Counted from the first letter of the stretch, positions 8,747 through 18,011 are shown. The stretch: DNA of 64,000 bases from Desulfobaccales bacterium (GCA_052139855.1 JBKQVS010000155.1:2183-66182); one strand, 5' to 3'. The notes: generated by a model from the letters alone, not told the origin. A program made the numbers and translations.

Positions 8747-11175
8747 TGCTGAAGTGGCTGCCATCGGGCCGGCTCGCCTGGTGCCTGGCCGCGGCCCTGC
8801 TGGTACTGGGCGGCCTGGCCTGGCATCTTGCAGCCGCCTCCCGCCTCAACCCGGAGGCCCTGAAAACCAGGCCCGGTCCCCTGGTGCTGGACCGCACCGG
8901 CCGCATCTTGCGCCTGGTGCCCGAGGCCCAGGGGGGCAAACTCCTGACCTTGCCCGACCGCGCCGTTCCCCAACCGGTGGCCGCGGCCTTCGTGGCCGCG
9001 GAAGACCAGAGGTTCTGGCGCCATCCGGGCATCGACCCCCTGGCCGTCCTCCGGGCCGCCATAAGCAACCTGAGCCGCGGCCGCGTCGTTTCCGGGGCTT
9101 CCACCATCACCATGCAACTGGCCCGCCTCGCCTACCCCGGACCCCGCAGCTATTATCGCAAGCTGGTAGAGTCCTGCCGCAGCCTCAGGATCGAGATGGC
9201 CCTCAGCAAGGACGAGATCCTGCGGCTTTACCTCGACCGGGTGCCCCTGGGCAATAACCTCATGGGGGTGGAGGCCGGCGCCCAAGCCTATTTCGGCAAG
9301 ACCGCCGCCCGCTTGACCGTAAGTGAAGCCGCCCTCCTGGCCGCCCTGGTCAAAGCCCCCGGCGCCTTAAACCCCTATGGCCCCCACCGCGACCGCCTCA
9401 TGGCGCGCCAGCGTTGGGTTCTCGCCCGCATGGCGCGGCTGGGCTCTCTCAATCCCCAGGAACTCCAGGCCCGGCAGTCTGACCTCGTCATCTTTCGAGG
9501 CCGCGGCCCCCGGCCCCCGGCCTTCCCCTTTGAAGCCCCGCATTTTGTCAACCTCGTCTTGGCCCGGGAAAAACCCGCGGCCCCAGGTTCCCAGCGGCTC
9601 ATCACCACCCTGGATCTGACCCTCCAGCGCCGGGCCCAGGCCATCGTCGCCTCGCATCAGACCCGCCTCCTGAAAGCCGGTGCCTCCCAGGCCGCCGCGG
9701 TGATCGTCGCCAACGCCTCCCGGGAAATCCTGGCCCTGGTGGGCTCCTGCGCCTATGGCCGCAGGGATCAGGGCTTCAACAACGGCGCCGCCGCCTGGCG
9801 CTCCCCGGGTTCCGCCCTCAAGCCGTTTCTCTACGCCCTGGCCCTGGACCAGGGCTTCACCCCCGCTTCGGTGCTGGAAGACGTGGAACGGCGCTACCGC
9901 ACCCCCCGGGGCGAGTTTATCCCGGCCAACTTCGATCGCGTCTCCCACGGCCCCATTTCTTTCCGGGAGGCCCTGGGCAATTCCCTGAACCTCTCCACCG
10001 TCCACCTCCTCAACCTCATGGGGCCCGAGACCTACTATGACACCCTGGCCGGACTCCACCTCATCAACCATCCGGAATTCACCCCGGAGCACTACGGCCT
10101 GGGTATGGTGGTGGGCAACCCCGAGGTCAGCCTCCTGCAACTGGCCGCGGCCTACGCCTCTCTGGCGAACCACGGCAGATTCGGACCCCTGCGCCTCACC
10201 CTGGACGCCCCCAAAGCTGACACCACGCCGGTCTTTTCTCCCCAGGCCGCCTTTATCATCAGCGACATCTTAAGCGACCCCATGGCTCGGACCCGCATCT
10301 TCGGCGGCGCCTCGGCCATGAACCCGCCTTACCGCATGGCCATCAAAACCGGGACCAGCACCCACTTTCGGGACTTGTGGGCCGTGGCCTACACCCCGGA
10401 GTACACCCTGGCCGTGTGGGTGGGTAATTTCAACGGCCGGCCCACCGCGGATATGAGCGGCGCCGGCGCCGCCGCGCCCATTGTGGCCGACCTGGCCGAG
10501 GCCCTGTTCGCCGGCAGCATGCCTGCCCCCTTCATTAAACCCACCGGGGTCGTGACCGCCGAGGTCTGCGCCTTCTCCGGCATGAAACCTGGCCCGGGCT
10601 GCCTCCACCGGCGTCAGGAATTGTTCATGGCCGGCACCGAACCCCAGGCGCTCTGTTCCTATCACCAGCCCCGGGAACCCTGGCACCGCATGCCCGCCAA
10701 TTATGCCGGCTGGCTCCATCAGCGCTATGAGAAAGGCGGCGAAGGCCGATTCCGCCTGGCCGACTTCGATCAGGATTTGGGTACAACCTTTCAGGGCCCG
10801 GTGGCCGCGGACCCCAAGGCCGGGGCCCAACCCCGCAGGCGGGGAGCTGCCTTGGTTATCGGTCGCCCCACGGCTTTCCCGGTCGCCGCTCATCCCCCCG
10901 CCCGTGACAGTGGCCTGGCCCTGCGCGTCAGCATCAGCTACCCGTTGCCCGGGGACCGGTTTCTGCTGGCGCCCAGGGCCGAGGTAATCCGGGTGGTTTC
11001 CAAAGCCCTGTGCCGGGACCCCCTCAAGGCAGTCACCTGGTTCGTGGACGGGCGGGAAGTCGCGGCCACCGGGCCCCCCTATGAACTTCCCCTGGACTTA
11101 TCCCGCGGCCGCCACCGGCTTACCGTGGTGGGGCCGGGCGGGCAGGGCGATGCCGTGGAGGTGACCGTCCAATGA
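8746..11175 (+). CDS. pbpC: Penicillin-binding protein 1C (bifunctional glycosyltransferase/transpeptidase-like)
   Basis: 809 aa. GT51 motifs are present (AAEDQRFWRHPGIDP, then RKLVE). Transpeptidase motifs SxxK (SPGSALKP), SxN (GNSLN) and KTG (KTGTS) are present. The gene is translationally coupled to the A2M gene (TGATG overlap at 8744-8748). Confidence 0.85.
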   Translation: MLKWLPSGRLAWCLAAALLVLGGLAWHLAAASRLNPEALKTRPGPLVLDRTGRILRLVPEAQGGKLLTLPDRAVPQPVAAAFVAAEDQRFWRHPGIDPLAVLRAAISNLSRGRVVSGASTITMQLARLAYPGPRSYYRKLVESCRSLRIEMALSKDEILRLYLDRVPLGNNLMGVEAGAQAYFGKTAARLTVSEAALLAALVKAPGALNPYGPHRDRLMARQRWVLARMARLGSLNPQELQARQSDLVIFRGRGPRPPAFPFEAPHFVNLVLAREKPAAPGSQRLITTLDLTLQRRAQAIVASHQTRLLKAGASQAAAVIVANASREILALVGSCAYGRRDQGFNNGAAAWRSPGSALKPFLYALALDQGFTPASVLEDVERRYRTPRGEFIPANFDRVSHGPISFREALGNSLNLSTVHLLNLMGPETYYDTLAGLHLINHPEFTPEHYGLGMVVGNPEVSLLQLAAAYASLANHGRFGPLRLTLDAPKADTTPVFSPQAAFIISDILSDPMARTRIFGGASAMNPPYRMAIKTGTSTHFRDLWAVAYTPEYTLAVWVGNFNGRPTADMSGAGAAAPIVADLAEALFAGSMPAPFIKPTGVVTAEVCAFSGMKPGPGCLHRRQELFMAGTEPQALCSYHQPREPWHRMPANYAGWLHQRYEKGGEGRFRLADFDQDLGTTFQGPVAADPKAGAQPRRRGAALVIGRPTAFPVAAHPPARDSGLALRVSISYPLPGDRFLLAPRAEVIRVVSKALCRDPLKAVTWFVDGREVAATGPPYELPLDLSRGRHRLTVVGPGGQGDAVEVTVQ

Positions 11176-11283
11176 GGCCTGCCGCCCGAGAGGCTGATCT
11201 TTCCTGTTAGGTTGTTCTTAAAATATTTTTGGAGGGGCGAACCTCTGGGTCCGCCCGTGGGGTGGGCGTCTTCCGGTCAAACC

Positions 11284-11808
11284 TTACTTGGGCACCGGGT
11301 TTTCTATCGCCTCAATCTTCAGAGGTTTTTTGAGGACGGCTTTGAGGGATTTGGCCGCCTCTTCGGCCTCGCTCTGGGAGGAAAACGGCCCCAGCCAGAC
11401 CTGATAGCGGTTTGAATTCCTGGGGTCCCGCTGACTAAAGGCGGGGTTTCCCTCCTTCTTTAACCTGGCCAGCATCTTGCCGGCGTCCCGGTATTTCTTA
11501 TAACTGCCCGCCAAAATACCGTACTGCTCTTTTCCCTCCTGGGGCGGCAAAACCGTAACTTTGGGCTCCGCTCCGGGAGCTACACCTTGGGGAGGGCCTG
11601 CGGGTTCAAGGGGAGGCGCGGGCTGGGTGGCGGCCGGGGCCGCCGGAGTTTCCGGCTTGGCCGGCGCCGTCGCCCCGGGGGGCTCGGGGGCCGTGACCGC
11701 GCTCGGCCCGATTTTCCCAGGGCCGCTGCTCCAGAGATAATACAGGACCACCAGCAGCACAATCAGGATGGTCCCCACTGCCAATCCGCCCCCGATTTTC
11801 TTATTCAT
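11284..11808 (-). CDS. SPOR domain-containing membrane-anchored protein
   Basis: N-terminal TM helix, Pro/Ala-rich linker, and a C-terminal SPOR-like module (YGILAGSYKKYRDAGKMLARLKKEG...YQVWLGPFSSQSEAEEAAKSLK). Confidence 0.7.
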   Translation of the reverse strand: MNKKIGGGLAVGTILIVLLVVLYYLWSSGPGKIGPSAVTAPEPPGATAPAKPETPAAPAATQPAPPLEPAGPPQGVAPGAEPKVTVLPPQEGKEQYGILAGSYKKYRDAGKMLARLKKEGNPAFSQRDPRNSNRYQVWLGPFSSQSEAEEAAKSLKAVLKKPLKIEAIENPVPK

Positions 11809-11845
11809 AAAGAAGCCTCGGCTCCATCACCGTTAGTCAAGCGTT

Positions 11846-12181
11846 CTACCGCATCGGCTGGACAAGCGGCGTGGTTGTCCAAAGTTCCGGTGGAAACATC
11901 AGCCGTTGGGCCCAGAACTCGTCATAGGTCAGGTACCCTTTTTTCCCGGTGTCGCACTTCTCGAACACTTCCAACCCTTTGGCCTTGTCGTTGGTGCGCG
12001 CCAGGAACTCCTCTTTGCTGATCTTGCCGTCCTTGTTCGTGTCCAGGACCGAACACAGGGCCTCTTTTTCCGACTTCGCCTTCTTGTCCTCCGTGGTGGC
12101 GCAACCGGCCAGCAAAAGTGCAGCTAATCCGAGCACCACTACGATCATCCCTGATCGCATCTTCATCTGTGGCCTCCTCAC
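11846..12181 (-). CDS. EF-hand calcium-binding lipoprotein
   Basis: Lipobox LLAGC after the signal sequence. Two canonical EF loops are present: DTNKDGKISKEEF and DTGKKGYLTYDEF. Confidence 0.6.
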   Translation of the reverse strand: MRRPQMKMRSGMIVVVLGLAALLLAGCATTEDKKAKSEKEALCSVLDTNKDGKISKEEFLARTNDKAKGLEVFEKCDTGKKGYLTYDEFWAQRLMFPPELWTTTPLVQPMR

Positions 12182-12497
12182 ATGCTCCCGATATTCTGAG
12201 ACTCTCTATGACGCACAATAGCACAAAATCTCTTCCCAAAAAACTCTTTATTAAATTTTTCCAAGACCAGCGCCTGCATCATCTGGGTTAACGTGCTTCC
12301 GGACCCGTGAGCTTGACAGGCTGGCGTCCCTGGGATAACAATGAAGGGGAAAACAGATCTTGCCCAAAGCCCCTCCTTGATCCCCCTTCTCCCTGGGGTG
12401 CAAGGCTCGGGGTGAAGGGTGCAAGAGAACAACCCGTGCAAGTATATTCGGCGTACCGGCAAAATATCTTGAGATAACCGCATAAGAGGTCAACATC

Positions 12498-13469
12498 ATG
12501 GAACTGTTATTTCGCCCCCGGCGCCTCAGACGGCGTGAACCCCTGCGGCGCATGCTGCGGGAGACGCATCTGCGCCTCGAAGATTTCATCTACCCCATGT
12601 TCGCGGCTCCCGGTAACCGGGTGCGCCAGGAAGTGCCTTCCATGCCCGGCGTGGCCCGCCTGTCCCCGGACCTTTTGGTGGATGAGGCCAAAGCCGCCCT
12701 GGACCTGGGGGTGCCCGCGGTCCTCCTCTTCGGGCTGCCTGCCAGGAAAGACGACACCGGCTCCGAAGCCGCCTCCCCCAAGGGCGCCGTCCAGCAGGCG
12801 GTGCGGCAGCTCAAGAAACGAGTCCCCGAGCTGGTGGTGATCACCGACGTCTGCCTCTGCGGCTACACCTCCCACGGCCACTGCGGTCTCCTGGTGGGCC
12901 AGGAAGTGGACAACGACCTCACCCTTGAGGTCCTGGGGCAGGTGGCGGTGTCTCACGCCGAGGCCGGAGCCGATATGGTGGCGCCGTCCGATATGATGGA
13001 CGGCAGGGTAGGGGCCATCCGGGAAGCCCTGGACGAGCGGGGTTTCGAAATGGTGCCCATCATGTCCTATGCGGTCAAGTACGCCTCCAGCTTCTACGGC
13101 CCCTTTAGGGACGCGGCGGAGTCCGCCCCGGCCTTCGGGGACCGCCGGGCCTACCAGATGGACCCGGCCAACGCCCGGGAGGCCCTCCGGGAAGCCGCCC
13201 TAGATGTGGAGGAGGGCGCCGATGTCCTCATGGTCAAGCCGGCTCTCCCTTACCTGGACATCATTGCGCAGTTGGCTGCGGAGTTCGATCTGCCCCTGGC
13301 CGCCTACCAGGTAAGCGGCGAGTACGCCATGATCAAGGCCGCCGCCGCCAACGGGTGGCTGGATGAGACCGCGGTGATGCTGGAGTCGCTCCTCTCCATC
13401 AAACGCGCCGGCGCGGATTTGATTTTAACGTATTTTGCCAAACAGGCGGCCCAGGTCCTGGCAAAGTAG
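12498..13469 (+). CDS. hemB: Porphobilinogen synthase (delta-aminolevulinate dehydratase), Zn-type
   Basis: 323 aa. The N-terminus RPRRLRR...R..RET.L...DFIYPMF fits the family. A Cys-rich Zn site ([14 protein letters not shown]) and the Schiff-base lysine context ([13 protein letters not shown]) are present. Confidence 0.9.
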   Translation: MELLFRPRRLRRREPLRRMLRETHLRLEDFIYPMFAAPGNRVRQEVPSMPGVARLSPDLLVDEAKAALDLGVPAVLLFGLPARKDDTGSEAASPKGAVQQAVRQLKKRVPELVVITDVCLCGYTSHGHCGLLVGQEVDNDLTLEVLGQVAVSHAEAGADMVAPSDMMDGRVGAIREALDERGFEMVPIMSYAVKYASSFYGPFRDAAESAPAFGDRRAYQMDPANAREALREAALDVEEGADVLMVKPALPYLDIIAQLAAEFDLPLAAYQVSGEYAMIKAAAANGWLDETAVMLESLLSIKRAGADLILTYFAKQAAQVLAK

Positions 13470-13488
13470 GTTTATGGAATAAAAATCC

Positions 13489-13513
13489 GCACAGGTTACA
13501 AACCTGTGCCACC
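13489..13513. repeat. REP-like hairpin (GCACAGGTT-aca-AACCTGTGC + CACC tail), inverted relative to copies 2 and 4
   Basis: Perfect 9-bp stem read directly. It sits 20 nt after the hemB stop and could double as its terminator stem, but there is no U-tract. Confidence 0.7.
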
Positions 13514-13560
13514 AAACATCATTTAAGTTTATCCACCTTTTTGTCTTCAGGTTCACTGGG

Positions 13561-14091
13561 ATGGTAACTTATAAGAAAGATACAGACAGTCAAAGGCAAA
13601 GCCCTGGTGGCACAGGTTTTCAACCTGTGCAATCTTTTCAAATCACCAGGAGGAATCTGCCCCACTGGCAGGAGCCCGGAAGGGTTTATTTCATTACTTG
13701 GCGGTGCCAGAACGGCAAATTTCTTTCCCCGGAAGAGCGCACGATCACCCTTAAGGCCCTCTGCCATTGGGACAGCAAGAAATGGACTCTGTATGCCGCG
13801 GTGGTTTTACCTGATCATGTGCATGGATTAGCGCAACCTTTATGGCGGGACGATGGTGGCGCTTTTAACCTGGGGGAAATTCTCCACAGCATTAAACGCT
13901 TCAGCTCCAGAAAAATCAACCAGGCAAGGGGAGATCAAGGCTCCCTCTGGCAAGATGAGCGCTATGATCGCATTGTCCGGGATGAGGCGGAATTCCTGGA
14001 AAAGTGGCAATACATCAGGAATAATTCTTTAAAAGCGGGGTTAGCATTATATCCAGAAGATTACCCCTGGCTCTATGAAAAGACAGAATGA
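13561..14091 (+). mobile_element. REP-associated tyrosine transposase (RAYT; IS200/IS605 Y1 HUH-transposase-like)
   Basis: 176 aa. The sequence RRNLPHWQEPGRVYFITWR, the HUH motif (LPDHVHGL) and a C-terminal Tyr helix (RYDRIVRDEAEFLEKWQYIRNN) are present. REP hairpins flank it. The first 27 codons from ATG 13561 read through a REP copy, so the true start is uncertain. Confidence 0.75.
13605..13642 (+). repeat. REP element copy (38 nt, identical to 14219-14256)
   Basis: TGGTGGCACAGGTTTTCAACCTGTGCAATCTTTTCAAA, containing the hairpin GCACAGGTT-ttc-AACCTGTGC. It lies inside the annotated 5' end of the RAYT ORF and is translated as GGTGFQPVQSFQ. Confidence 0.85.
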
Positions 14092-14092
14092 A

Positions 14093-14117
14093 GCACAGGC
14101 CGGAAGCCTGTGCCGCC
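14093..14117. repeat. REP-like hairpin variant (GCACAGGC-cggaa-GCCTGTGC + CGCC tail)
   Basis: Read directly. It lies immediately after the RAYT stop codon, in inverted orientation relative to copies 2 and 4. Confidence 0.65.
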
Positions 14118-14218
14118 AGTTCTTCTGGGTCTTCCTTGCTTCTGAAGAGTCCCAAAAGCATCCTTCCAGCCGCACAGAGGATAAGGACGACTGACAACCT
14201 TGATAATCTTAAGAATTT

Positions 14219-14256
14219 TGGTGGCACAGGTTTTCAACCTGTGCAATCTTTTCAAA
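14219..14256 (+). repeat. REP element copy (38 nt, identical to 13605-13642)
   Basis: Exact 38-nt identity with the copy at 13605-13642. Confidence 0.85.
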
Positions 14257-14368
14257 ATTACCCGGAATAACGGAATGGGCTGGACAAAGGCTTGACCTGA
14301 TTCTTCAGAATATTTATGAGATATATTGTTTAACATATTAAGATAACTTCATATACTAACTATAGATT

Positions 14369-15439
14369 ATGGATCATTCTCTGCATAAATCTAATAAAAT
14401 CCCTTCTCTCCGCCTCCTGGCCTGGGAGACCACCCGGCGCTGCAACCTGGCTTGCCTGCACTGCCGGGCCGCCGCGGGCTCCGGCCCCTATCCCGGTGAA
14501 CTGACCACGGACGAGGGCCTCAAACTCCTGGACGACCTGGCCACCATGGGCCAGATCGTGGTCATCCTCACCGGCGGCGAACCCCTGCTTCGGTCCGATA
14601 TCTTCGACCTGGCGGCCCACGGCACCCATCTGGGCCACCGCATGGTCATGGCCGTGAACGGCACCCTCTTGACCCCGGCCATCGCCGCCCGCCTCAAAGA
14701 CGCCGGCATCCAGCGGCTGTCCATCTCCATCGACGGGGCCAGCGCCGCCTCCCACGACCGCCTCCGGGCGGTGAAGGGGGCCTATGACGGGGCCCTGAGC
14801 GGCATCGCCGCCTGCCGGGAGGCCGGGCTCCCCTTTCAGATCAATACCACCGTCACCCGGGCCAACCGGGCCGAACTTCCGGCCATCTACGAACTGGCCC
14901 TGAAACTTGGGGCCGCGGCCCACCATGTCTTTGTGCTGGTGCCCACCGGGCGGGGGGAGCTTATCCGGGAGGAGTTGGTGTCGCCTGCGGAGTACGAAGA
15001 GACTTTGGCCTGGCTCCTGGAACGGCAGCAAGACGGCCGCCTTTTCATCAAGCCTACCTGCGCCCCCCAGTATTACCGGCTCTGGCGCCAGGACGCCGCG
15101 GACCGGGGCGAGCCCATCACCGCCGCCACCCACGGCATGGAGGCCATGACCAAGGGCTGCCTGGGCGGCCAGGGCTTCGCCTTCGTGTCTTATCAGGGGG
15201 AGGTCCAGCCCTGCGGCTACCTGGAGCTGGTTGCGGGCAACATCAGGGAGACGCCGTTTCCGGAAATCTGGGCCAACGCGGAGCTTTTCCGGCAACTGCG
15301 CCGGGTGGACGACTACCACGGCAAGTGCTGCGCCTGCCAGTACCGCAAGGTCTGCGGCGGCTGCCGGGCCCGGGCCTATGCCCTCACCGGCGACGTCCTG
15401 GGCGACGACCCCATCTGCCCTTATGAACCGGTGGGCTAA
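14369..15439 (+). CDS. Radical SAM/SPASM enzyme of the NirJ/AhbC/AhbD family (alternative heme biosynthesis)
   Basis: 356 aa. Radical SAM cluster motif CNLACLHC and a C-terminal SPASM-like motif CCACQYRKVCGGC are present. It lies directly upstream of an AhbA/B-type gene and 0.9 kb downstream of hemB. AhbC and AhbD cannot be told apart by eye. Confidence 0.7.
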   Translation: MDHSLHKSNKIPSLRLLAWETTRRCNLACLHCRAAAGSGPYPGELTTDEGLKLLDDLATMGQIVVILTGGEPLLRSDIFDLAAHGTHLGHRMVMAVNGTLLTPAIAARLKDAGIQRLSISIDGASAASHDRLRAVKGAYDGALSGIAACREAGLPFQINTTVTRANRAELPAIYELALKLGAAAHHVFVLVPTGRGELIREELVSPAEYEETLAWLLERQQDGRLFIKPTCAPQYYRLWRQDAADRGEPITAATHGMEAMTKGCLGGQGFAFVSYQGEVQPCGYLELVAGNIRETPFPEIWANAELFRQLRRVDDYHGKCCACQYRKVCGGCRARAYALTGDVLGDDPICPYEPVG

Positions 15440-15478
15440 TATCTCATTCCAAGACGCCAGGAATAAAGAAACTTCTTT

Positions 15479-15970
15479 ATGACCATAACCAAAACCCAAA
15501 ACCCGGAACCCAAAACCCGGTCTTTAGACGCCCTGGACCGGGCCATCTTAAACGAGATCCAGTCGCATTTTCCCATCGTCTCGCGGCCGTATGCCGCAGT
15601 GGGGGAGAGGGTAGGGGCCTCGGAAGCAGAGGTGGTGGCCCGGGTCCTGGCCATGGCCGAGGCCGGCGTTATCCGGCGCCTCGGGGCCAACTTCACTTCC
15701 CGCAAGCTCGGCTACACCAGCACCCTGGTCGCCGTCCGGGTGGCGCCGGATAAGCTGGACCACTTCGTGGCCGTAGTTAACCGTTACCCCGGGGTCACCC
15801 ACAACTACCTGCGGCGCCACCGCTACAACGTCTGGTTCACCCTCATCGCCGAATCGGAGGAGCGCCTCAAGCAGATCCTGGCCGAAATCTCCCAGGCCTC
15901 GGAAGTGGCGGAAATTCTGAGCCTCCCGGCCCAGGAGGTCTTCAAGATCAAAGTGGATTTTCCGGTATGA
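15479..15970 (+). CDS. AsnC/Lrp-like siroheme decarboxylase subunit (AhbA/AhbB, NirD/H-like)
   Basis: 163 aa. LDALDRAILNEIQSHFPIVSRPYAAVGERVGASEAEVVARV..GVIRRLGANF is the typical AhbA/B N-terminal wHTH plus linker. It is in an operon with the radical SAM gene. Confidence 0.7.
   Translation: MTITKTQNPEPKTRSLDALDRAILNEIQSHFPIVSRPYAAVGERVGASEAEVVARVLAMAEAGVIRRLGANFTSRKLGYTSTLVAVRVAPDKLDHFVAVVNRYPGVTHNYLRRHRYNVWFTLIAESEERLKQILAEISQASEVAEILSLPAQEVFKIKVDFPV
15485..15519 (+). repeat. Heptanucleotide tandem repeat (ATAACCA AAACCCA AAACCCG GAACCCA AAACCCG)
   Basis: Five heptads read directly, starting 6 nt after the ATG of the AhbA/B-like gene. They are translated as ITKTQNPEPKTR. Confidence 0.8.
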
Positions 15971-15977
15971 TAAAGCC

Positions 15978-16004
15978 GCGGCCACAGGCTTTGCCCGTGG
16001 CCGC
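15978..16004 (+). terminator. Stem-loop after the ahb operon (GCGGCCAC-11 nt-GTGGCCGC)
   Basis: 8-bp GC stem 8 nt after the stop codon. There is no clear U-tract (TTGCAAAAACC follows). Confidence 0.35.
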
Positions 16005-16085
16005 TTGCAAAAACCGTTGATTCTGGTCGCCGGGGTTCGGTCACCCCAACCTGGTGAAACTTCGCCTCACGGCTTCTCGTCAACC

Positions 16086-16718
16086 TCAGCCCACCACCAG
16101 CCGGTCCGGCTTCATAAGCTTCCACTGTTCGGTGTATTCCATGATGTGAGCGACGGTATCAATGAACTTATCCTCATAACCGAAGCGCTCCAGCAGATAA
16201 AATCCCATCTCCAGGCCTGAAGTTATGCCTCCCGCGGTGACGATCCGGCCGGTATCCACGATACGGTGGCGGTCGATCTGGCATTTCGGGGCTATTTGCG
16301 CCAGGCGGTCTATGGGCAGGATGACTTCGCTGGGGTCACCGTTCTTGCGGTTCGTGGCCTTGAGCCCGTCCAGGAGACCGGCAATGCCGTAGACCCATGA
16401 TCCGGTACAGACGCTCACCAGCAGGGTTTTCTCCGGCAACCCTTTCACAAACGCGATGAGGCGGCCATTATGCATTTCGGCCCGGGAACCGATACCTCCG
16501 GGGATCAGGAAGGCGTCCATATCCGGCTTCTGATCCAGAGCATAGCGCGGCTGCACCGTCAAGTTACCGGTGGCCATCACCGGGGCCAGAGAATCGCCGA
16601 TGAGAAAAACCTCCAACTCGGGGTCCATCCGCCGCGCCACGGCAAACACCCCCACCGGCCCCGCCCAATCAATAACTTCGGCCCCGTTATAAATGTAAAT
16701 GCCCAATCTCTTAGCCAT
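16086..16718 (-). CDS. DJ-1/PfpI family protein (class-I glutamine amidotransferase-like fold)
   Basis: 210 aa. The nucleophile-elbow Cys is present (LLVSVCTGSW), as is the FLIPGG motif. It lies downstream of a TetR gene on the same strand. Confidence 0.75.
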   Translation of the reverse strand: MAKRLGIYIYNGAEVIDWAGPVGVFAVARRMDPELEVFLIGDSLAPVMATGNLTVQPRYALDQKPDMDAFLIPGGIGSRAEMHNGRLIAFVKGLPEKTLLVSVCTGSWVYGIAGLLDGLKATNRKNGDPSEVILPIDRLAQIAPKCQIDRHRIVDTGRIVTAGGITSGLEMGFYLLERFGYEDKFIDTVAHIMEYTEQWKLMKPDRLVVG

Positions 16719-16810
16719 GCTGCCTCCTCCATTTTTGTTTTATTTCCGGTAACGAGCCCGGTTTCACTCTTTATATACAAACAAGTTTGTCTTATATGCG
16801 GCAAAAAAAA

Positions 16811-17404
16811 TTATGGCGCACCCCTCAGGACCCGGTCGAAATTCTGCCGGGCCGCGGCAATAAGGGAGCTATCGCCATAGATCTGGCAGGAACCGATGAT
16901 CCCTTCAACGATTACGTACAAAATCTCCGTCAAAAACTTCGGATTGATCTCAGCAAATCTCCGGTCCCGGCACTTCAAATCTTCAAGCAATTCCCGCAAT
17001 AAAATTCGCAACTCGTCCTTATGAGCGATAACCTCTTTTCTGATCCGATTATTGATGTCGGGAACCTCAGAGGCGATATTGAGAAACGCGCATCCCCTGA
17101 AATCGCTGGCCTTGAGCCATGATTCAAGGAATGCAAAGACACTCATGAGTCGCTCATAAGGCGCCTCATATTTATCAAGCCATTCCTGCAGCCATGCCAT
17201 CCAGACCTTATGCCGCTCCACCAGATATGCAACGCAGAGATCCTTTTTGGACGGAAAGTAATAATAGAAGGTATTCTTGGATACGCTTGCCTCGGCGATC
17301 ACCTGATTGATCCCGGTCGCCAGATATCCCTGAAGGTAAAAAAGACGCAGGGCAGTTTGGATGATGCGCTGCCGCGCTTCGCTCGGGCCTGCTGACTTCT
17401 TCAT
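16811..17404 (-). CDS. TetR/AcrR family transcriptional regulator
   Basis: 197 aa. N-terminal HTH: RIIQTALRLFYLQGYLATGINQVIAEASVSKNTFYYYFPSKKDL. Confidence 0.85.
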   Translation of the reverse strand: MKKSAGPSEARQRIIQTALRLFYLQGYLATGINQVIAEASVSKNTFYYYFPSKKDLCVAYLVERHKVWMAWLQEWLDKYEAPYERLMSVFAFLESWLKASDFRGCAFLNIASEVPDINNRIRKEVIAHKDELRILLRELLEDLKCRDRRFAEINPKFLTEILYVIVEGIIGSCQIYGDSSLIAAARQNFDRVLRGAP

Positions 17405-17543
17405 ATGGGAAGCTTATAGTAGACAGACCGGTCTGTCAAGCAGCTAAGGGGAAATTTTTCCGGCCTGAAGGAGGGAAGCTGAGCCCTCCATGCTTTGTCA
17501 ATAGCGGAGGGACCCATGACCGCAACATCCCTGGCCATCGCTT

Positions 17544-18011
17544 CTATTCTTCTTTCTTTACACTCTCCCAGGGCACGCACAACACCGGACAGGGCAGCAG
17601 GCGCACCACTTTTTCAGCCGTGGACCCGAAAAAGACCTCCTCTATGGGCCCCCGGCCGCTCCGGCCATACCCCCCGATGACAATTAAATCCGCCGCCAGG
17701 TCCCGGGCCATCACCGCAATCTCCTGAAAGGGGATGCCCACGGTCACCATGCTGGTCACCTCCAGGTCAGCGGCGCAGCACTTCTCCAAAAATTCATCCA
17801 GGTACTGTTGCGCTTCCTCCCGGAAGGCCGGCAGGAGTTTGTCCGGCGCAACTTTCAAATGTTCGGCCACCCGGGCCACAATCCGCTGTTGGATGACATG
17901 CAGGAGAACGATTTTGGCTCCGAACTGCCGGGCCAGCTTCTTGGCCACCTTAAAAGCGGCGCCGGCGCATTCGGAAAAGTCCGTGGCTACCAGAATGGCT
18001 TTGAAACCCAT
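17544..18011 (-). CDS. Universal stress protein (UspA family)
   Basis: 155 aa. ILVATDFSE...LLHV...and the C-terminal ATP-binding-type motif GGYGRSG...GSTAEKVVR are present. Confidence 0.8.
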   Translation of the reverse strand: MGFKAILVATDFSECAGAAFKVAKKLARQFGAKIVLLHVIQQRIVARVAEHLKVAPDKLLPAFREEAQQYLDEFLEKCCAADLEVTSMVTVGIPFQEIAVMARDLAADLIVIGGYGRSGRGPIEEVFFGSTAEKVVRLLPCPVLCVPWESVKKEE

